Shown here: piece after piece, positions 9,483-20,083 of the stretch | Position numbering within the stretch: the first letter of the stretch is position 1 | Layout: the number at the start of each line of letters is the position of its first letter | Translations under genes and position numbers: made by a program | Notes under the pieces: generated by a model | Told to the model about the DNA's origin: nothing | Seen by the model: the letters and a program-made list of their open reading frames with translations, nothing else | Database searches by the model: none | NCBI GenBank assembly: GCA_963667845.2 | Contig: CAXXVL010000002.1 | Span: forward strand, 2,528,001 to 2,592,000 | Source of the DNA: Smithellaceae bacterium | Lineage (GTDB): Bacteria > Desulfobacterota > Syntrophia > Syntrophales > Smithellaceae | Length of the DNA: 64,000 nt | Reading direction: 5' to 3'

Positions 9483-11075
9483 CTATTTCTTCCCCCACAG
9501 GGATTGTTTCAATTCACTTTTGAGAATCTTGCCCGTCCCGCCTTTGGGCAGGGCATCGCGAAATTCAATCGTTCGCGGGATCTTAAACGGCGACAATTCC
9601 TCTTTCCGGCAATGTGCAATCACGTCATCAGCCGTGAGCGTGCATCCGGCCACCGGGACGATGAAGGCTACCGGCGTTTCTCCCCATTTTTCATGGGGTG
9701 CCGCCACAACGGCCACTTCCGCGACGGCGGGGTGAGAGGAAATGACGTTTTCCACCTCCACGGAACCGATATTCTCCCCGCCGCTGATGATGATATCCTT
9801 CTTGCGGTCTACAATCGTGATATACCGGTCCTCGTTCATCGTCGCGATATCGCCGGAGTTGAGCCAGCCGTTGACAATCGTTTTGGCGGTCTCTTCCGGA
9901 AGGTTCCAGTAACCATCGATGACGGAATGGCCCCGCATAATGATTTCCCCCATCTCTTTACCGTCGGCTTTTACGTCGCGACCCTGGCCGTCCACGACCC
10001 GTACCTGCGTCAGCATGTCCTCAATGCCCTGGCAGCGCTGCAGACTCTTGCGGTATTCCGGGGAAAGCTCCGTGAGATAGTCCTTCAGATGCGCTGTGGT
10101 TCCGCACGAGGCGGTCTCGCTCATGCCGTAACCGGCATTGATCAGGCACCAGGGGAATTTTTCGATCAGCGCCTCCTGGGTACCCTGAAGGAGCGGCGCA
10201 CCACCGAGAACAATGCGTTCCAGGCTGCTGAGATCATATCGATCCAAGTCTTTGAACTGGGTCAGTGTGTCAGCCATTGTCGGGACCAACTCCACATAGG
10301 TTACCTTCTCCCGCTCAATGAGCTCACAGACCAGATCGGGCCGGAACTGCCGCAGCATGATATGGCGGCCGCCCACACCCGTAATCATATGGGCTTTTCG
10401 CCAGCAGTTGGCATGGAAGAGCGGTATCGCCTGGAGATAAATAATGCGGTCATTGGCCGCCGCGACGCCGAAGAAGAGGTCCTTCGTTGCCGCGAGCCAT
10501 AGCATGCGATGGGTCAGGAGCATGCCCTTTGGATTGCCCGAGGTGCCGCTGGTGTAGAACATCTCAGCGGGATCATTTTCGTCGAGGTCGAAGTCTTGAG
10601 CAAGGACAGGGGACGCCGCCTCCAGCATCCGTTCGTAATCGGTTCCCGCGATCTTTGCCGGGGATGTCCCCGCGCCATCTCCCGTGAGGATGATCACATG
10701 CTCAATGCCTTTGAGGTTTGCTTTTTCAACGAGGCCGCCCAGGTCTTCGTTGATGACAAGGACCCGCGTCCCCGAATCCTTGAGGACATAGGCTATCTCC
10801 TTTGGAGAAAGCCGGATGTTGATGGGCAGGAGAATCGCCCCGATTTGGGGCACGCCGAAATGCAGTTCCAGAAGACGGTGGGTATTCATGTCGATCACAC
10901 CCACCCGGTCTCCCTTGCGGACCCCCATTTTTATCAAGGCATTGGAAAGGCGGTTCACCCGCTGGCCGAACTGGGCGTAAGTGAACCGCAGATCTCCATC
11001 AACAACGCCGACCTTTTTCCCATACTGGGAAACCGCTCTTTTCATGAAATCTGTAGCCAATAGTGGAATAAACAT
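9483..11075 (-). CDS. Acyl-CoA synthetase (AMP-binding)
   Basis: YTSGTSGNPKG, GYGMSE, SGDIA, DRKKDIIISGGENI, PKGGTGK. Confidence 0.92.
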   Translation of the reverse strand: MFIPLLATDFMKRAVSQYGKKVGVVDGDLRFTYAQFGQRVNRLSNALIKMGVRKGDRVGVIDMNTHRLLELHFGVPQIGAILLPINIRLSPKEIAYVLKDSGTRVLVINEDLGGLVEKANLKGIEHVIILTGDGAGTSPAKIAGTDYERMLEAASPVLAQDFDLDENDPAEMFYTSGTSGNPKGMLLTHRMLWLAATKDLFFGVAAANDRIIYLQAIPLFHANCWRKAHMITGVGGRHIMLRQFRPDLVCELIEREKVTYVELVPTMADTLTQFKDLDRYDLSSLERIVLGGAPLLQGTQEALIEKFPWCLINAGYGMSETASCGTTAHLKDYLTELSPEYRKSLQRCQGIEDMLTQVRVVDGQGRDVKADGKEMGEIIMRGHSVIDGYWNLPEETAKTIVNGWLNSGDIATMNEDRYITIVDRKKDIIISGGENIGSVEVENVISSHPAVAEVAVVAAPHEKWGETPVAFIVPVAGCTLTADDVIAHCRKEELSPFKIPRTIEFRDALPKGGTGKILKSELKQSLWGKK

Positions 11076-11100
11076 CTTTCACCTTTCCATCATCTTTTGT

Positions 11101-12426
11101 TTACGGCGCTCCATAAATCAGATTGGGGAGGAACAGGGCGATCTGCGGAAAGATCGAACAGATGATCAATCCCAGGATCTGAAGCAGTACATAGGGAATG
11201 ATGGCCATATAGATATCCTTGATATAGACCCCCTCCGGAGCGATCGCCTTGAGGTAGAAGAGGTTGTAGCCGAAGGGGGGCGAGATGTAGGCCACCTGCA
11301 TATTGATGACAAAGATGACGCCGAACCAGACAGGATCATACCCCATGGCCTCGACGATGGGCATCGTGAGGGGTGCGGTGATCATGACGATGGCTCCCGG
11401 ATCCAGCAGGCACCCCATAACGAGGTAAAGAAGCTGGATCAGGATAAAGACGCCCCAGTACCCGCCGGGCATCTTTTCAATTACCGTACGGATGAAATCG
11501 TCCGCGCCCAGGGCCATGTAAATCGTGGAGAAGCAGTAGGCCCCGATGATGATCCACATCACCATTCCTGTGTATTTCAAAGTCTGCAGGGAGACGCTAC
11601 GGAAGGTCTTCCAGTTGAGAGAGCGGTTATAGACCATCAGTCCCAGACTCCCCGCCGCCCCGACTGCCGAGCCTTCCGTTGCGGTGCAGATGCCGGCGAA
11701 AATGGAGCCGAGGACCACTATGATAAGAACCATGGGCGGGATGACCGGTATCGTGGCATGCAATTTTTCTCTAAAGGTACGTTCGCGCTCGCCTGTCTCC
11801 TCGATCGGACCGTCTTCCGGTTTAATCTTGCACCGGATGAGGATATAACTGCAGTAGAGGACGGCCAGGAGAAGCCCGGGGCCAAGGCCGCCGGCGAAGA
11901 GCCTGCCCACGGAGACCTGGCAGATCATGCCGTAGATGATCATGATGATGCTGGGCGGGATGAGAATGCCCAGGGCTCCGCCGGCTCCGACGGCCCCAAG
12001 GGCCATTTTTTTGTTATACCCGCGGCTCAACATGGCGGGCAGCGCGATAAGACCCATGGTAATCGTTCCGGCGCCGCCGATGCCCGTCATGGCGGCAAAG
12101 ATCGTGCAGACGATGACAGCGGCCACGGCCAGCCCGCCACGCACCTTTCCCGCCCAGACATGGACGGCGGAAAAGAGCCGGTCGGCCATCCCCGATTCCT
12201 GAAGGACTGAGCCCATGAGGATGAACAGCGGGATGGCCAGAAGTCCGAAGGACATCATCACTTTCCCGAAGATCAGGTTGGGAATGACGCCCATGGCATG
12301 CGGACCCCAGAGAAAAAAGGTGAAAACGCAGCCAATAGCCCCGAGAACAAAGGAAATGGGTAAACCCGAGATGAGGCCCAGAGCCATAGCGGCAAAAAGC
12401 AATACGGTAATTATTCCAGTATCCAT
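11101..12426 (-). CDS. dctM: TRAP transporter large permease
   Basis: LLAIPLFILMG, LGILIPPSI, TATEG, SPPFGYNLF. Confidence 0.93.
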   Translation of the reverse strand: MDTGIITVLLFAAMALGLISGLPISFVLGAIGCVFTFFLWGPHAMGVIPNLIFGKVMMSFGLLAIPLFILMGSVLQESGMADRLFSAVHVWAGKVRGGLAVAAVIVCTIFAAMTGIGGAGTITMGLIALPAMLSRGYNKKMALGAVGAGGALGILIPPSIIMIIYGMICQVSVGRLFAGGLGPGLLLAVLYCSYILIRCKIKPEDGPIEETGERERTFREKLHATIPVIPPMVLIIVVLGSIFAGICTATEGSAVGAAGSLGLMVYNRSLNWKTFRSVSLQTLKYTGMVMWIIIGAYCFSTIYMALGADDFIRTVIEKMPGGYWGVFILIQLLYLVMGCLLDPGAIVMITAPLTMPIVEAMGYDPVWFGVIFVINMQVAYISPPFGYNLFYLKAIAPEGVYIKDIYMAIIPYVLLQILGLIICSIFPQIALFLPNLIYGAP

Positions 12427-12932
12427 TAGTCATCTATTCCTTTCCGGTTTACTGCAAGATAAATGTCGGAGATCAGGTTTGCTATACCCTGAAGAAGCAG
12501 CAAAAACGCGCCCAGAGGAATGGCCAGCTTGATCGGCCACAGCGGCGGCGCCCAGTCGCTTTGAGATATTTCCAAATTCATGACCGAGCGGAAGGCGAAT
12601 TCCCATCCAAGCCAGATGATGGTGATGCAAAAAGCAAAGAAAAATGGAAAAGACATGACGTTCATAATTGCCTTCTGCCGCGATGTACGATTCATATAAA
12701 ACAGATCCATGTTGACATGGCCGCGATAACGCAGCGTATATGCCCCGCTTAAAATGCTCAGTGCGCCGAAGACCATGACGCTGGCCTCATGGGCCCAGAT
12801 CGTGGGATGATTGAAAAACGTCCGGGCAATGATTTCCCACATGATGATGAATGTGAGGATCCAGGCCAGCCACATGAGGATTTCGCCGCTGATGTCACTG
12901 ATTTTATTAATAAGTCTTACAAAAGAACGCAT
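12426..12932 (-). CDS. dctQ: TRAP transporter small permease
   Basis: Four TMs, PTIWAHE, HVNMDL; stop overlaps dctM start. Confidence 0.9.
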   Translation of the reverse strand: MRSFVRLINKISDISGEILMWLAWILTFIIMWEIIARTFFNHPTIWAHEASVMVFGALSILSGAYTLRYRGHVNMDLFYMNRTSRQKAIMNVMSFPFFFAFCITIIWLGWEFAFRSVMNLEISQSDWAPPLWPIKLAIPLGAFLLLLQGIANLISDIYLAVNRKGIDD

Positions 12933-13061
12933 GATCCCCCCTTGGTCCAGTAGAAAGGATTGTTTGATAAATTAAGTCTCGAATACCTGTCGGCACAATC
13001 GAAGGTGTGATTGACGCGGATCCGATTTGTCCCGTGTTCCACCGTTATTCCGTCAGGAATG

Positions 13062-13103
13062 AAAAAAGGGGGGAAAGCAATTTACCTTGTTTCCCCCCTT
13101 TTT
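13062..13103 (-). terminator. Stem-loop between dctP and dctQ (terminator/attenuator or mRNA stabiliser)
   Basis: AAAAAGGGGGGAAA...TTTCCCCCCTTTTT inverted repeat directly after the dctP stop. Confidence 0.7.
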
Positions 13104-13106
13104 CTT

Positions 13107-14168
13107 TTATTTCATATAACCCATTTCCTTCATGTACGATTTCGTCATTTTGACCAATTCCGCCGACTCGGGGCTCTTCTTGGCCTCATCATCCCAGATG
13201 GAATAGGCTACTTCTTCCGCCTTTGCCAGATCGGCTCCCTTCAGCACGTTAAACTTGACGCCTTTCTGGGCCATCTTGTTGAGGCCCCACTGCTCGCCGG
13301 TCCAGTTTTGATTATAGGTCATATCCATGCCCGCCTTGATCATGGCCATTTCCAGCGCTACCTGTAAATCCGGCGGCAGAGACTCCCAGACTTTCTTGTT
13401 GACCAGCACCGTCAGGTGGTTGACCGGCATCAGCGACGGCAGGAGGTAGAATTTGCAGACGTCATAGATCTTCATGCTGTACATCCCCATGGCGCCGCCC
13501 CAGGTTGCGCCCTGGATGGTTTTTGTCTGGAGGGCGCTGTAGGCCTCTTCGCCGGGGACATACACGCCCTGGCCGCCCAGCCGCTCCACCCAGGTAATCA
13601 TGAGACCGGAGGCGCGGACTTTTTTGCCTTTCAGATCGGAGAGCTTATTGATGGGTGAGTTGAACATCAGCGCTGCCGGCCAGCAATCCGCGCCGGCGGT
13701 AAGATAATGCACGCCGTGCCTGGCATAGACCTTCCGGAGGACGTCAATGGCGCGCCATCCGCCGAACATATTAGGCAGCTTCTTGCCGTACATGAAGTTG
13801 TACATTTCGCCGGGCGTCCGAATGCCGAAGGGAAGGCCGTATTCCACACTCGCTTCCGGAATGACGCCTTTGAAATAAATCGAAGGCATGCCGATCATGT
13901 CGACAACCCCTGATTTGACGGCATCGAGAGAATCAGCGCTCTTGACAAGGTCGCCGCCCCAGAACATCTTAACCTTGAGCCGCCCGTTGGTCATGGCGGG
14001 GAGCGTCTTTTCAAACATTTCAGTGTAATAGGCCATGCCGGGTTCGGATGCCACCCGCATCTGCTGGTATTTCAGCGTGTATACCTTTTCCGCAGCCACG
14101 CCGGCCATGGACATGGCAAAGAATAAGACTACCGCCAACATCACAATCCCTACTCCTCTTTTCTTCAT
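13107..14168 (-). CDS. dctP: TRAP transporter substrate-binding protein
   Basis: Signal peptide; TNGRLKVK, DAVKSGVVDM, DLKGKKVR, E-YSALQT, WESLPPDLQ. Confidence 0.9.
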   Translation of the reverse strand: MKKRGVGIVMLAVVLFFAMSMAGVAAEKVYTLKYQQMRVASEPGMAYYTEMFEKTLPAMTNGRLKVKMFWGGDLVKSADSLDAVKSGVVDMIGMPSIYFKGVIPEASVEYGLPFGIRTPGEMYNFMYGKKLPNMFGGWRAIDVLRKVYARHGVHYLTAGADCWPAALMFNSPINKLSDLKGKKVRASGLMITWVERLGGQGVYVPGEEAYSALQTKTIQGATWGGAMGMYSMKIYDVCKFYLLPSLMPVNHLTVLVNKKVWESLPPDLQVALEMAMIKAGMDMTYNQNWTGEQWGLNKMAQKGVKFNVLKGADLAKAEEVAYSIWDDEAKKSPESAELVKMTKSYMKEMGYMK

Positions 14169-14649
14169 GACACCCTCCTTTGCAATAAATTAAAGTCCCG
14201 TACGGATATCGATCCGCCCCTCAGTAAAGCTGAGCCTTAAGGACCGCCGACCGAGCGGTTCCATATTTATGATGCCAGGTCAATTCCCCGTTTAAAGATT
14301 TCCCCTGCCGCTGTTTTCGGCAGTTCATTTAAAATTCTTATAATACGTGGATATTTGTAAGATGCGACACGGTCCTTGAGGTATTGCTTCAAATCTTCAG
14401 CCGTTGTCCCGGCTCCCCGATAAAGAACAATCGCCTCGGCCGTTTCTCATCCGGCCCTCCTCATCGTTATGAAATGTCAGGTTGCTGCCATTCCCCGGTT
14501 GACGAATGCCCGTCCGGAGAAGAAAGGATTCAGAAATGTGTTTCATGCTGCTGATCTGTTTTTCGATCATGGGTAAAAAATTAGTCGAATGAGGGATCAA
14601 AAGCAATACCAAATATGTGTTATGTATATATTACATTAAATATAATATA

Positions 14650-15936
14650 TCAGGCCAGGGAGCCCAGGTGAGATCTGAGGTTCGCCTTCGTTTTATTGAG
14701 CCCCAGTTTGTTGCGAAGACGCCAGCGATGGATATCCACCGCACTTTTAGAGACGTTCATCAGATCGGCAATCTCTTTGCTGGTCTTGCCTTCTTTGATA
14801 AAGTTGGCAATCTGAATTTCCTTGGGCGTGAGATTCCGGTATTTGGATGAGATCTTGCGGGAGAAGGGCGAAATAATGTCCATCAGGTTGGATTCCATGA
14901 TATCGACATAGGCCATGGCCTTTGAATCCATACGGCTTTTTTTGAGTTTATTCATATAGGGCATCACGAACGCCTTTACATTGGAAAGCACTTTCTCTTC
15001 CAGTTCTTCCCGATCGCCTTCTCTTTCTTTCAGCAGAACTCTCAAAGTGGTATTCAACTCTTTGAGGCTGCGGGACTTGATTTGCAGCTCCCTCTCTCTT
15101 TTTTTGAGGACTTGCTCCGCTTCTTTCCACCCCGTTATATCCGTAAAGGAAGCGACGCTTTTTTTCGTTCCCGGAATCATATCGACGGTCAGGAACACAT
15201 GGCGAATCCGGCCTTCGGCGTCAATAATGTCATGTTCGTAATTTCTCGGAGGGGCGGCAGGATCGCGTCGTCTCAAGATATGATACTTTCCCAATCGGGC
15301 AATATCGTTAGGCGCCACGTATTCCGTCCATTTCCTTTTTCCCTCCCATTCGGCTCTCCTGTATCCCGTCATTTTCTCGAATTCGGAATTGAGCAGGGAG
15401 ATGGTTTTATCCGCTTCGATGATAATAGTTGCCGTGCCGGTGGTTTCGAAAATGGCGCGATAGATATTTTCCGACTCCTGCAGTTTTTCACCGACTGTTA
15501 TCCGTGGTGTAATGTCCCGGGAATTGGCCAGAATCGCCGGTTGCCGTTTAAACGTGGTGGATGTGACGGTTTCCATCACCCAGCAGATCTTTCCCTGTTT
15601 CGTTACAATGCGGAATTCGTAAGGGGTGGTGCGAACGCCGGCAAGCATGTCGATGGCATTTTTTCTGGCCATTTTGCGATCATCGGGATAAATAATGGAG
15701 ATGGATTGTTTGCCGACGAGCTCTTCTAATTTATAACCCATAAAGGATAGCGCGATGGGGTTGATCATACGGAATCTGCCGTCCTGAGATACATAAATAC
15801 CAGTCAGGGCTTGATTCCAAGCCGTTTTATAAATATCCGTACTCTCGCGCAGCGACTGCATCAGGTGCTTTTCCCGCCGCAGTCTTTCTTGCAGCAAAGC
15901 GATATCCCGATGTGATGGATCAATTGACTTCTTCAT
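14650..15936 (-). CDS. PAS-PAS-LuxR HTH transcriptional regulator
   Basis: Two PAS-like domains and C-terminal LTPKEIQIANFIKEGKTSKEIA..LRNKLG; most of the extra N-terminal 28 aa of the track ORF is read through a repeat. Confidence 0.85.
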   Translation of the reverse strand: MKKSIDPSHRDIALLQERLRREKHLMQSLRESTDIYKTAWNQALTGIYVSQDGRFRMINPIALSFMGYKLEELVGKQSISIIYPDDRKMARKNAIDMLAGVRTTPYEFRIVTKQGKICWVMETVTSTTFKRQPAILANSRDITPRITVGEKLQESENIYRAIFETTGTATIIIEADKTISLLNSEFEKMTGYRRAEWEGKRKWTEYVAPNDIARLGKYHILRRRDPAAPPRNYEHDIIDAEGRIRHVFLTVDMIPGTKKSVASFTDITGWKEAEQVLKKRERELQIKSRSLKELNTTLRVLLKEREGDREELEEKVLSNVKAFVMPYMNKLKKSRMDSKAMAYVDIMESNLMDIISPFSRKISSKYRNLTPKEIQIANFIKEGKTSKEIADLMNVSKSAVDIHRWRLRNKLGLNKTKANLRSHLGSLA

Positions 15937-15955
15937 GTCGATGGCCACTCGGCGT

Positions 15956-16058
15956 TTAATTCCGCTCACGCGGGACGAGCGTTGATTCCCTGTCGCTTGC
16001 TGCGAAATAATGATGTTCATTTCATGCCTCGACAGCTTGCTGCTAGGTGGTTGATTTA
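15956..16058 (+). repeat. Dispersed palindromic repeat family A, copy 1 (long form)
   Basis: TTAATTCCGC..GCGGGACGAGCGTT..GCTTGCTGCGAAA..CCTCGACAGCTTGC..AGGTGGTTGATT; matches five other loci. Confidence 0.9.
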
Positions 16059-16390
16059 GACTTTACGAAACGCGTTTACCAATGCCGAATTTTCCTGCTT
16101 GTCCGTGTGAGTCTATTAACACAGCTTTCGGGTGATGTCGAGATTAACCGAAGTGTCAGACGGCGAATAGAGTGAGCGGAATCGTCTGCTATCGCCTTTC
16201 CGGCACGGGTTCAGTTTGATCCCTTTTGCTTATGCGCAGACTCAAGATATTAAATCCTCTCCGAATGATCAGGCCTTTGCAGGTTCCCATAGGGATAGGC
16301 CTTGTTCAGCGGGGGTGGGCCAAGAAGTGCGAGAGCGACAGGGGGCGACCCGTGTGGCGACCGGGGAGTGAGTGGCCCGGGCGGTGCGGC

Positions 16391-16483
16391 ATTGACGGCG
16401 CTGGCGTTAAGATTTTTGTGCGTCAGCATAACGCCCTTGGGCGACGATGTCGTGCCCGTGGTATAGAGAATCACCGCCGGATC
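16391..16483 (-). pseudogene. Isolated fragment of an acyl-CoA ligase (AMP-binding P-loop only)
   Basis: DPAVILYTTGTTSSPKGVMLTHKNLNASAVN, then similarity is lost. Confidence 0.7.
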
Positions 16484-16518
16484 GCGAGCACAAGATGTCT
16501 TCGATTTTTGCTGACTGT

Positions 16519-19107
16519 CTACGCTTTGTCCTCCAGTAAATCAATATGCCCTTTTTGCGTGAAGATTTTCAAAATTTCAAACCAGATGATGCTCACGATT
16601 CCGGCAATGAGCGCCAGGCAGAAATCAATGGCATGCATAGGGGCAAAGTGGAATATCCGTTGCAGGAAGGGCACAAAAATGACCAGCGCCAGGAAGACGA
16701 GCGCTCCCCCCAAAACCCACGCCAGTGCCGGGTTAGGCGATTTGAACGACGAGAAGATCGTTCGCGACCAGCTCCGGTTGGTCAGGATAAGGCACAGGTT
16801 GGAGATGATCAACGTGACAAAAGCAATAGCCCGCGCTTCATCCGACGGCTGCCCCAGATAGAGGGCGGCCTGGTACACCAGGGCGACCACGATCAGGGCC
16901 ACAATCCCCTGGGCAAAGCTTATGGCCAGGGTGCGTTTGCCGAACAGGCGTTCTCCGGGATCGCGGGGCTTGCGCTGCATGATCCCGGCTTCTTCCGCTT
17001 CGGACTCGAAGACCACGGAGCACGCCGGATCGATGATCAACTCCAGAAACACGATGTGTATGGGCAGGAGGACCATCTCTTTCCACCCCAGAAAGACGGG
17101 AAGCAGTGACATCCCGGCGATCGGAATATGGACGCTGACGATATAGGCCATGGCTTTTTTGAGGTTGTCGAAGATCTTGCGCCCCATTCTGACTGCGGCG
17201 ACAATAGAAGAGAAATCATCATTGAGGAGCACCAGGTCGGATGCCTCGCGGGCGACATCCGTCCCGCGCTCGCCCATGGCGACGCCGATATGCGCGGATT
17301 TCAGGGCAGGGGCGTCGTTCACGCCGTCACCGGTCATGGCGACGATCTCGCCTGCCGCCTTGAGCGCATTGACCAGAATCAGTTTCTGCTCGGGCACCAC
17401 GCGCGCGAAGACGTTGACTTCTTTTACCCGCTTTCGCAGGGTAACGGCATCCATCTGCTCCAATTCTTTACCCGTGATGACCTTCTCCGGGTTCTTAAGG
17501 CCGATCTGCCGGGCAATCGTTTGAGCCGTAATGGGGTAATCACCCGTAATCATCACCACCTTGATGCCTGCGGAATAACACATGCGAATGGCGTCCGGAA
17601 CGGCAGGCCGAATGGGGTCCTCAAGGCCGATGAGGCCGATGAATTGAAACGTAAAATCGTGCTGGAGGGAAGGCAGTGAATTTGTCTCCTGGAAGTACGC
17701 TTTGGCCACACCCAGCACGCGCAGTCCTTGTCCGGCCATATGCTCGATCTTCCCGGCCAGCGCTTTCCTATGGGTTTCATCGAGGTGGCATAAATCAATG
17801 ATGGCTTCAGGCGCCCCTTTGGCCGAGATGACGAAATCTTTTCCATCGGGTGATTTCCAGACGTGCGACAAGGCCAAAAGCTCCTGCGAGAGCGGATATT
17901 CATGAACAAGGCTCCAGTTGTCGTGAAGGTGCTCTGTCCGGGAGAGTTTATCCACCCCCAATTTCAGCAGGGCCTTTTCCATGGGATCAAAAGGATCTTT
18001 CTTGCTGGCCAGGATACCGAATTCGACGAGCTCATGAAATGCTTCAGGCAACGGGATCGGATTCTCTTCGCGGATCGTATGGAATTCATCGCCGGCCGAG
18101 AGCATGCGGATGGCCATGAGGTTCTGCGTCAGCGTGCCGGTCTTGTCCGTACAGAGCACAGTGGCAGCTCCCAGGGTTTCCACGGCCGCCATCTTGCGCG
18201 TCAACACCTGTTTCTGCGATATCCTCCAGGCTCCCAGAGCAAGGAAGATGGTCAGCACAACGGGGAACTCTTCCGGCAGCATGGCCATCGCCAGCGTGAT
18301 GCCGGAGAGAACTCCGTCCATCCAGCTTCCCCGCGTGAGCCCGTAGACCAATACCACGCAAGCGAAGAGAACCAGGGCAATGAGAAAGACCGCCTTGACA
18401 ATGCGCCCCGTCTCCTTTTGCAGGAGCGTATCCTCCTGCACCACGGACGAAAGCGCTTTGCCGATATTGCCGATTTCAGTGTGGGCGCCAGCGGCCTTGA
18501 TGCAGGCGATACCCTGGCCCTGCACGACCATGGTGCCGGAGTACACGCATGGGATGTCTTCACCGCCCGGCTTCTCCATCTTCATGCAGTCCGGGTCACC
18601 CACGGCTGCGGTTTTGCGCACAGCGATCGATTCACCGGTCAGCAGCGATTCATCCACCGTCAGATTCCGGGCCCAGACCACCACGCCGTCGGCCGGGATG
18701 CGATCGCCTTCGGACAGACAGACCATGTCGCCTGTGACGACCTCGCGGCCCGGGATGCGGATACGCTCTCCGTCGCGGATGACCAGGGCGCGCGGACTGG
18801 AGAGATCGCGCAGGGCGTCCAAGGCCTTCTCGGTCTTGCCTTCCTGGTAGATGGTGATTCCCATCATGATAAACACGAAGCCCAGCAAGAGCAGGGCATC
18901 CCTGGGTTCGCCGAGGAAAAGATAGATGCCGCCGCAGGCCACGAGCAGGAGAAACATGGGTTCCTTCACCACTTCCAAAGCGATGGCGAGGATATTGCGC
19001 TGCTTGGACGATGGCAGTTCGTTGTAGCCCTCACTCTTTAACTTATCCGCGACCTGGGTGCGGGAAAGTCCTTTGATCTGTTTTGCCTGTTCTTCGGTCA
19101 GCGCCAT
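16519..19107 (-). CDS. Cation-transporting P-type ATPase (P2-type)
   Basis: TGES, PEEFP, DKTGTLT, KGAPE, TGD, GDGVNDAPALK; AGGAGG RBS. Confidence 0.95.
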   Translation of the reverse strand: MALTEEQAKQIKGLSRTQVADKLKSEGYNELPSSKQRNILAIALEVVKEPMFLLLVACGGIYLFLGEPRDALLLLGFVFIMMGITIYQEGKTEKALDALRDLSSPRALVIRDGERIRIPGREVVTGDMVCLSEGDRIPADGVVVWARNLTVDESLLTGESIAVRKTAAVGDPDCMKMEKPGGEDIPCVYSGTMVVQGQGIACIKAAGAHTEIGNIGKALSSVVQEDTLLQKETGRIVKAVFLIALVLFACVVLVYGLTRGSWMDGVLSGITLAMAMLPEEFPVVLTIFLALGAWRISQKQVLTRKMAAVETLGAATVLCTDKTGTLTQNLMAIRMLSAGDEFHTIREENPIPLPEAFHELVEFGILASKKDPFDPMEKALLKLGVDKLSRTEHLHDNWSLVHEYPLSQELLALSHVWKSPDGKDFVISAKGAPEAIIDLCHLDETHRKALAGKIEHMAGQGLRVLGVAKAYFQETNSLPSLQHDFTFQFIGLIGLEDPIRPAVPDAIRMCYSAGIKVVMITGDYPITAQTIARQIGLKNPEKVITGKELEQMDAVTLRKRVKEVNVFARVVPEQKLILVNALKAAGEIVAMTGDGVNDAPALKSAHIGVAMGERGTDVAREASDLVLLNDDFSSIVAAVRMGRKIFDNLKKAMAYIVSVHIPIAGMSLLPVFLGWKEMVLLPIHIVFLELIIDPACSVVFESEAEEAGIMQRKPRDPGERLFGKRTLAISFAQGIVALIVVALVYQAALYLGQPSDEARAIAFVTLIISNLCLILTNRSWSRTIFSSFKSPNPALAWVLGGALVFLALVIFVPFLQRIFHFAPMHAIDFCLALIAGIVSIIWFEILKIFTQKGHIDLLEDKA

Positions 19108-19227
19108 ATGTCCTCCTGTTTAATCAACACCACTCGTCACCCGGAAAAGAGGCGAGTGGTTTCTAAAACTCTTCATTTCAGTCTCAAGTCATCATGCGTC
19201 ATTATAAAGCATAACGCGAGTTTTCTA

Positions 19228-19623
19228 TTAGCCCAATATTATCCCAATAATCTTATTGATGATGGACTGGGCGTCCGGAATTTTGCCCAGAGTTATGATT
19301 CCGAAGGGAGCGGCTGTCTCGGCTGAGGAGACGACGCCCTGGCCTTTCAGAATCTCGACTTTGAGTTGTCCCTCGGTATCTGTTTTGCGGATCACACAGG
19401 CCGCGGCGATGCCCTTGCCTTTATATTCCATGGGGACAACTCCCTTCACGGAAATCGGCTTGGGCAGAGCCCCGGTCCCGGCAATCGTGTAATGGCCGCT
19501 GAAGGCAAGCTGACTGGAACCGGTGACTTTGATCGTATAGTCCGCTTCGACACCTTTCAGTCCGTCACTGCATCCAAATAAAAACATAATCCCCAGGAAA
19601 AGATAGAGAATCGTTCGTCTCAT
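19228..19623 (-). CDS. Hypothetical lipoprotein
   Basis: MRR + hydrophobic stretch + LFGC lipobox; GGGAGG RBS. Confidence 0.7.
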   Translation of the reverse strand: MRRTILYLFLGIMFLFGCSDGLKGVEADYTIKVTGSSQLAFSGHYTIAGTGALPKPISVKGVVPMEYKGKGIAAACVIRKTDTEGQLKVEILKGQGVVSSAETAAPFGIITLGKIPDAQSIINKIIGIILG

Positions 19624-19625
19624 GA

Positions 19626-19910
19626 TTATTTCCTCCCTTTAATCGAATAATTCCTGGAGAAATCCTTTTTTCCTTTTATGATGCCGTGATCATCGTAATG
19701 TTTATCGTGGTGTTTATCGTAATGCTGGTCGTGGCGGTCGTCAGGACGCTCCGTATTCGGCCGGGAGGTAATTTCCAACGTGGCTCGTTCGATGATCTTA
19801 TCGAGCTCACCCCGGTCCAGCCATACACCGCGGCATTTTGAACAATAATCAATTTCGACGCCCTGGCGCTCGGCCATGGTCAGTGGGATGTTACAAATCG
19901 GGCAATTCAT
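19626..19910 (-). CDS. zf-TFIIB-type zinc-ribbon protein; C-terminus apparently frameshifted
   Basis: CPIC..GVEIDYCSKCRGVWLDRGELDKII; alternative frame after ~19684 gives family-typical HHKRKKGFLQELFD-stop (19639). Confidence 0.85.
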   Translation of the reverse strand: MNCPICNIPLTMAERQGVEIDYCSKCRGVWLDRGELDKIIERATLEITSRPNTERPDDRHDQHYDKHHDKHYDDHGIIKGKKDFSRNYSIKGRK

Positions 19911-19925
19911 GTTTATTCTCCTTCT

Positions 19926-19988
19926 TTAATCCCGCTATTGCGGGACGAGCGTTAATTCTGCGCAGCTTGCTGCGAGGTGGTTGATTTA
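19926..19988 (+). repeat. Repeat family A, copy 2 (short form)
   Basis: TTAATCCCGCTATTGCGGGACGAGCGTTAATTCTGCGCAGCTTGCTGCGAGGTGGTTGATTTA. Confidence 0.88.
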
Positions 19989-20083
19989 AAGTGTTGAGTG
20001 ATTCTACATTACACGCCTCCCGGACAATGGATGATCAGGTTCAACTCGCATAACGGCAATAATATTTCAGAGTTTGTACGGAA

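Noticed and set aside
19108..19227. yybP-ykoY or other riboswitch before the P-type ATPase
   Set aside because: A hairpin is present, but the conserved GGGGAGUA and CGAGACC-type elements are not.
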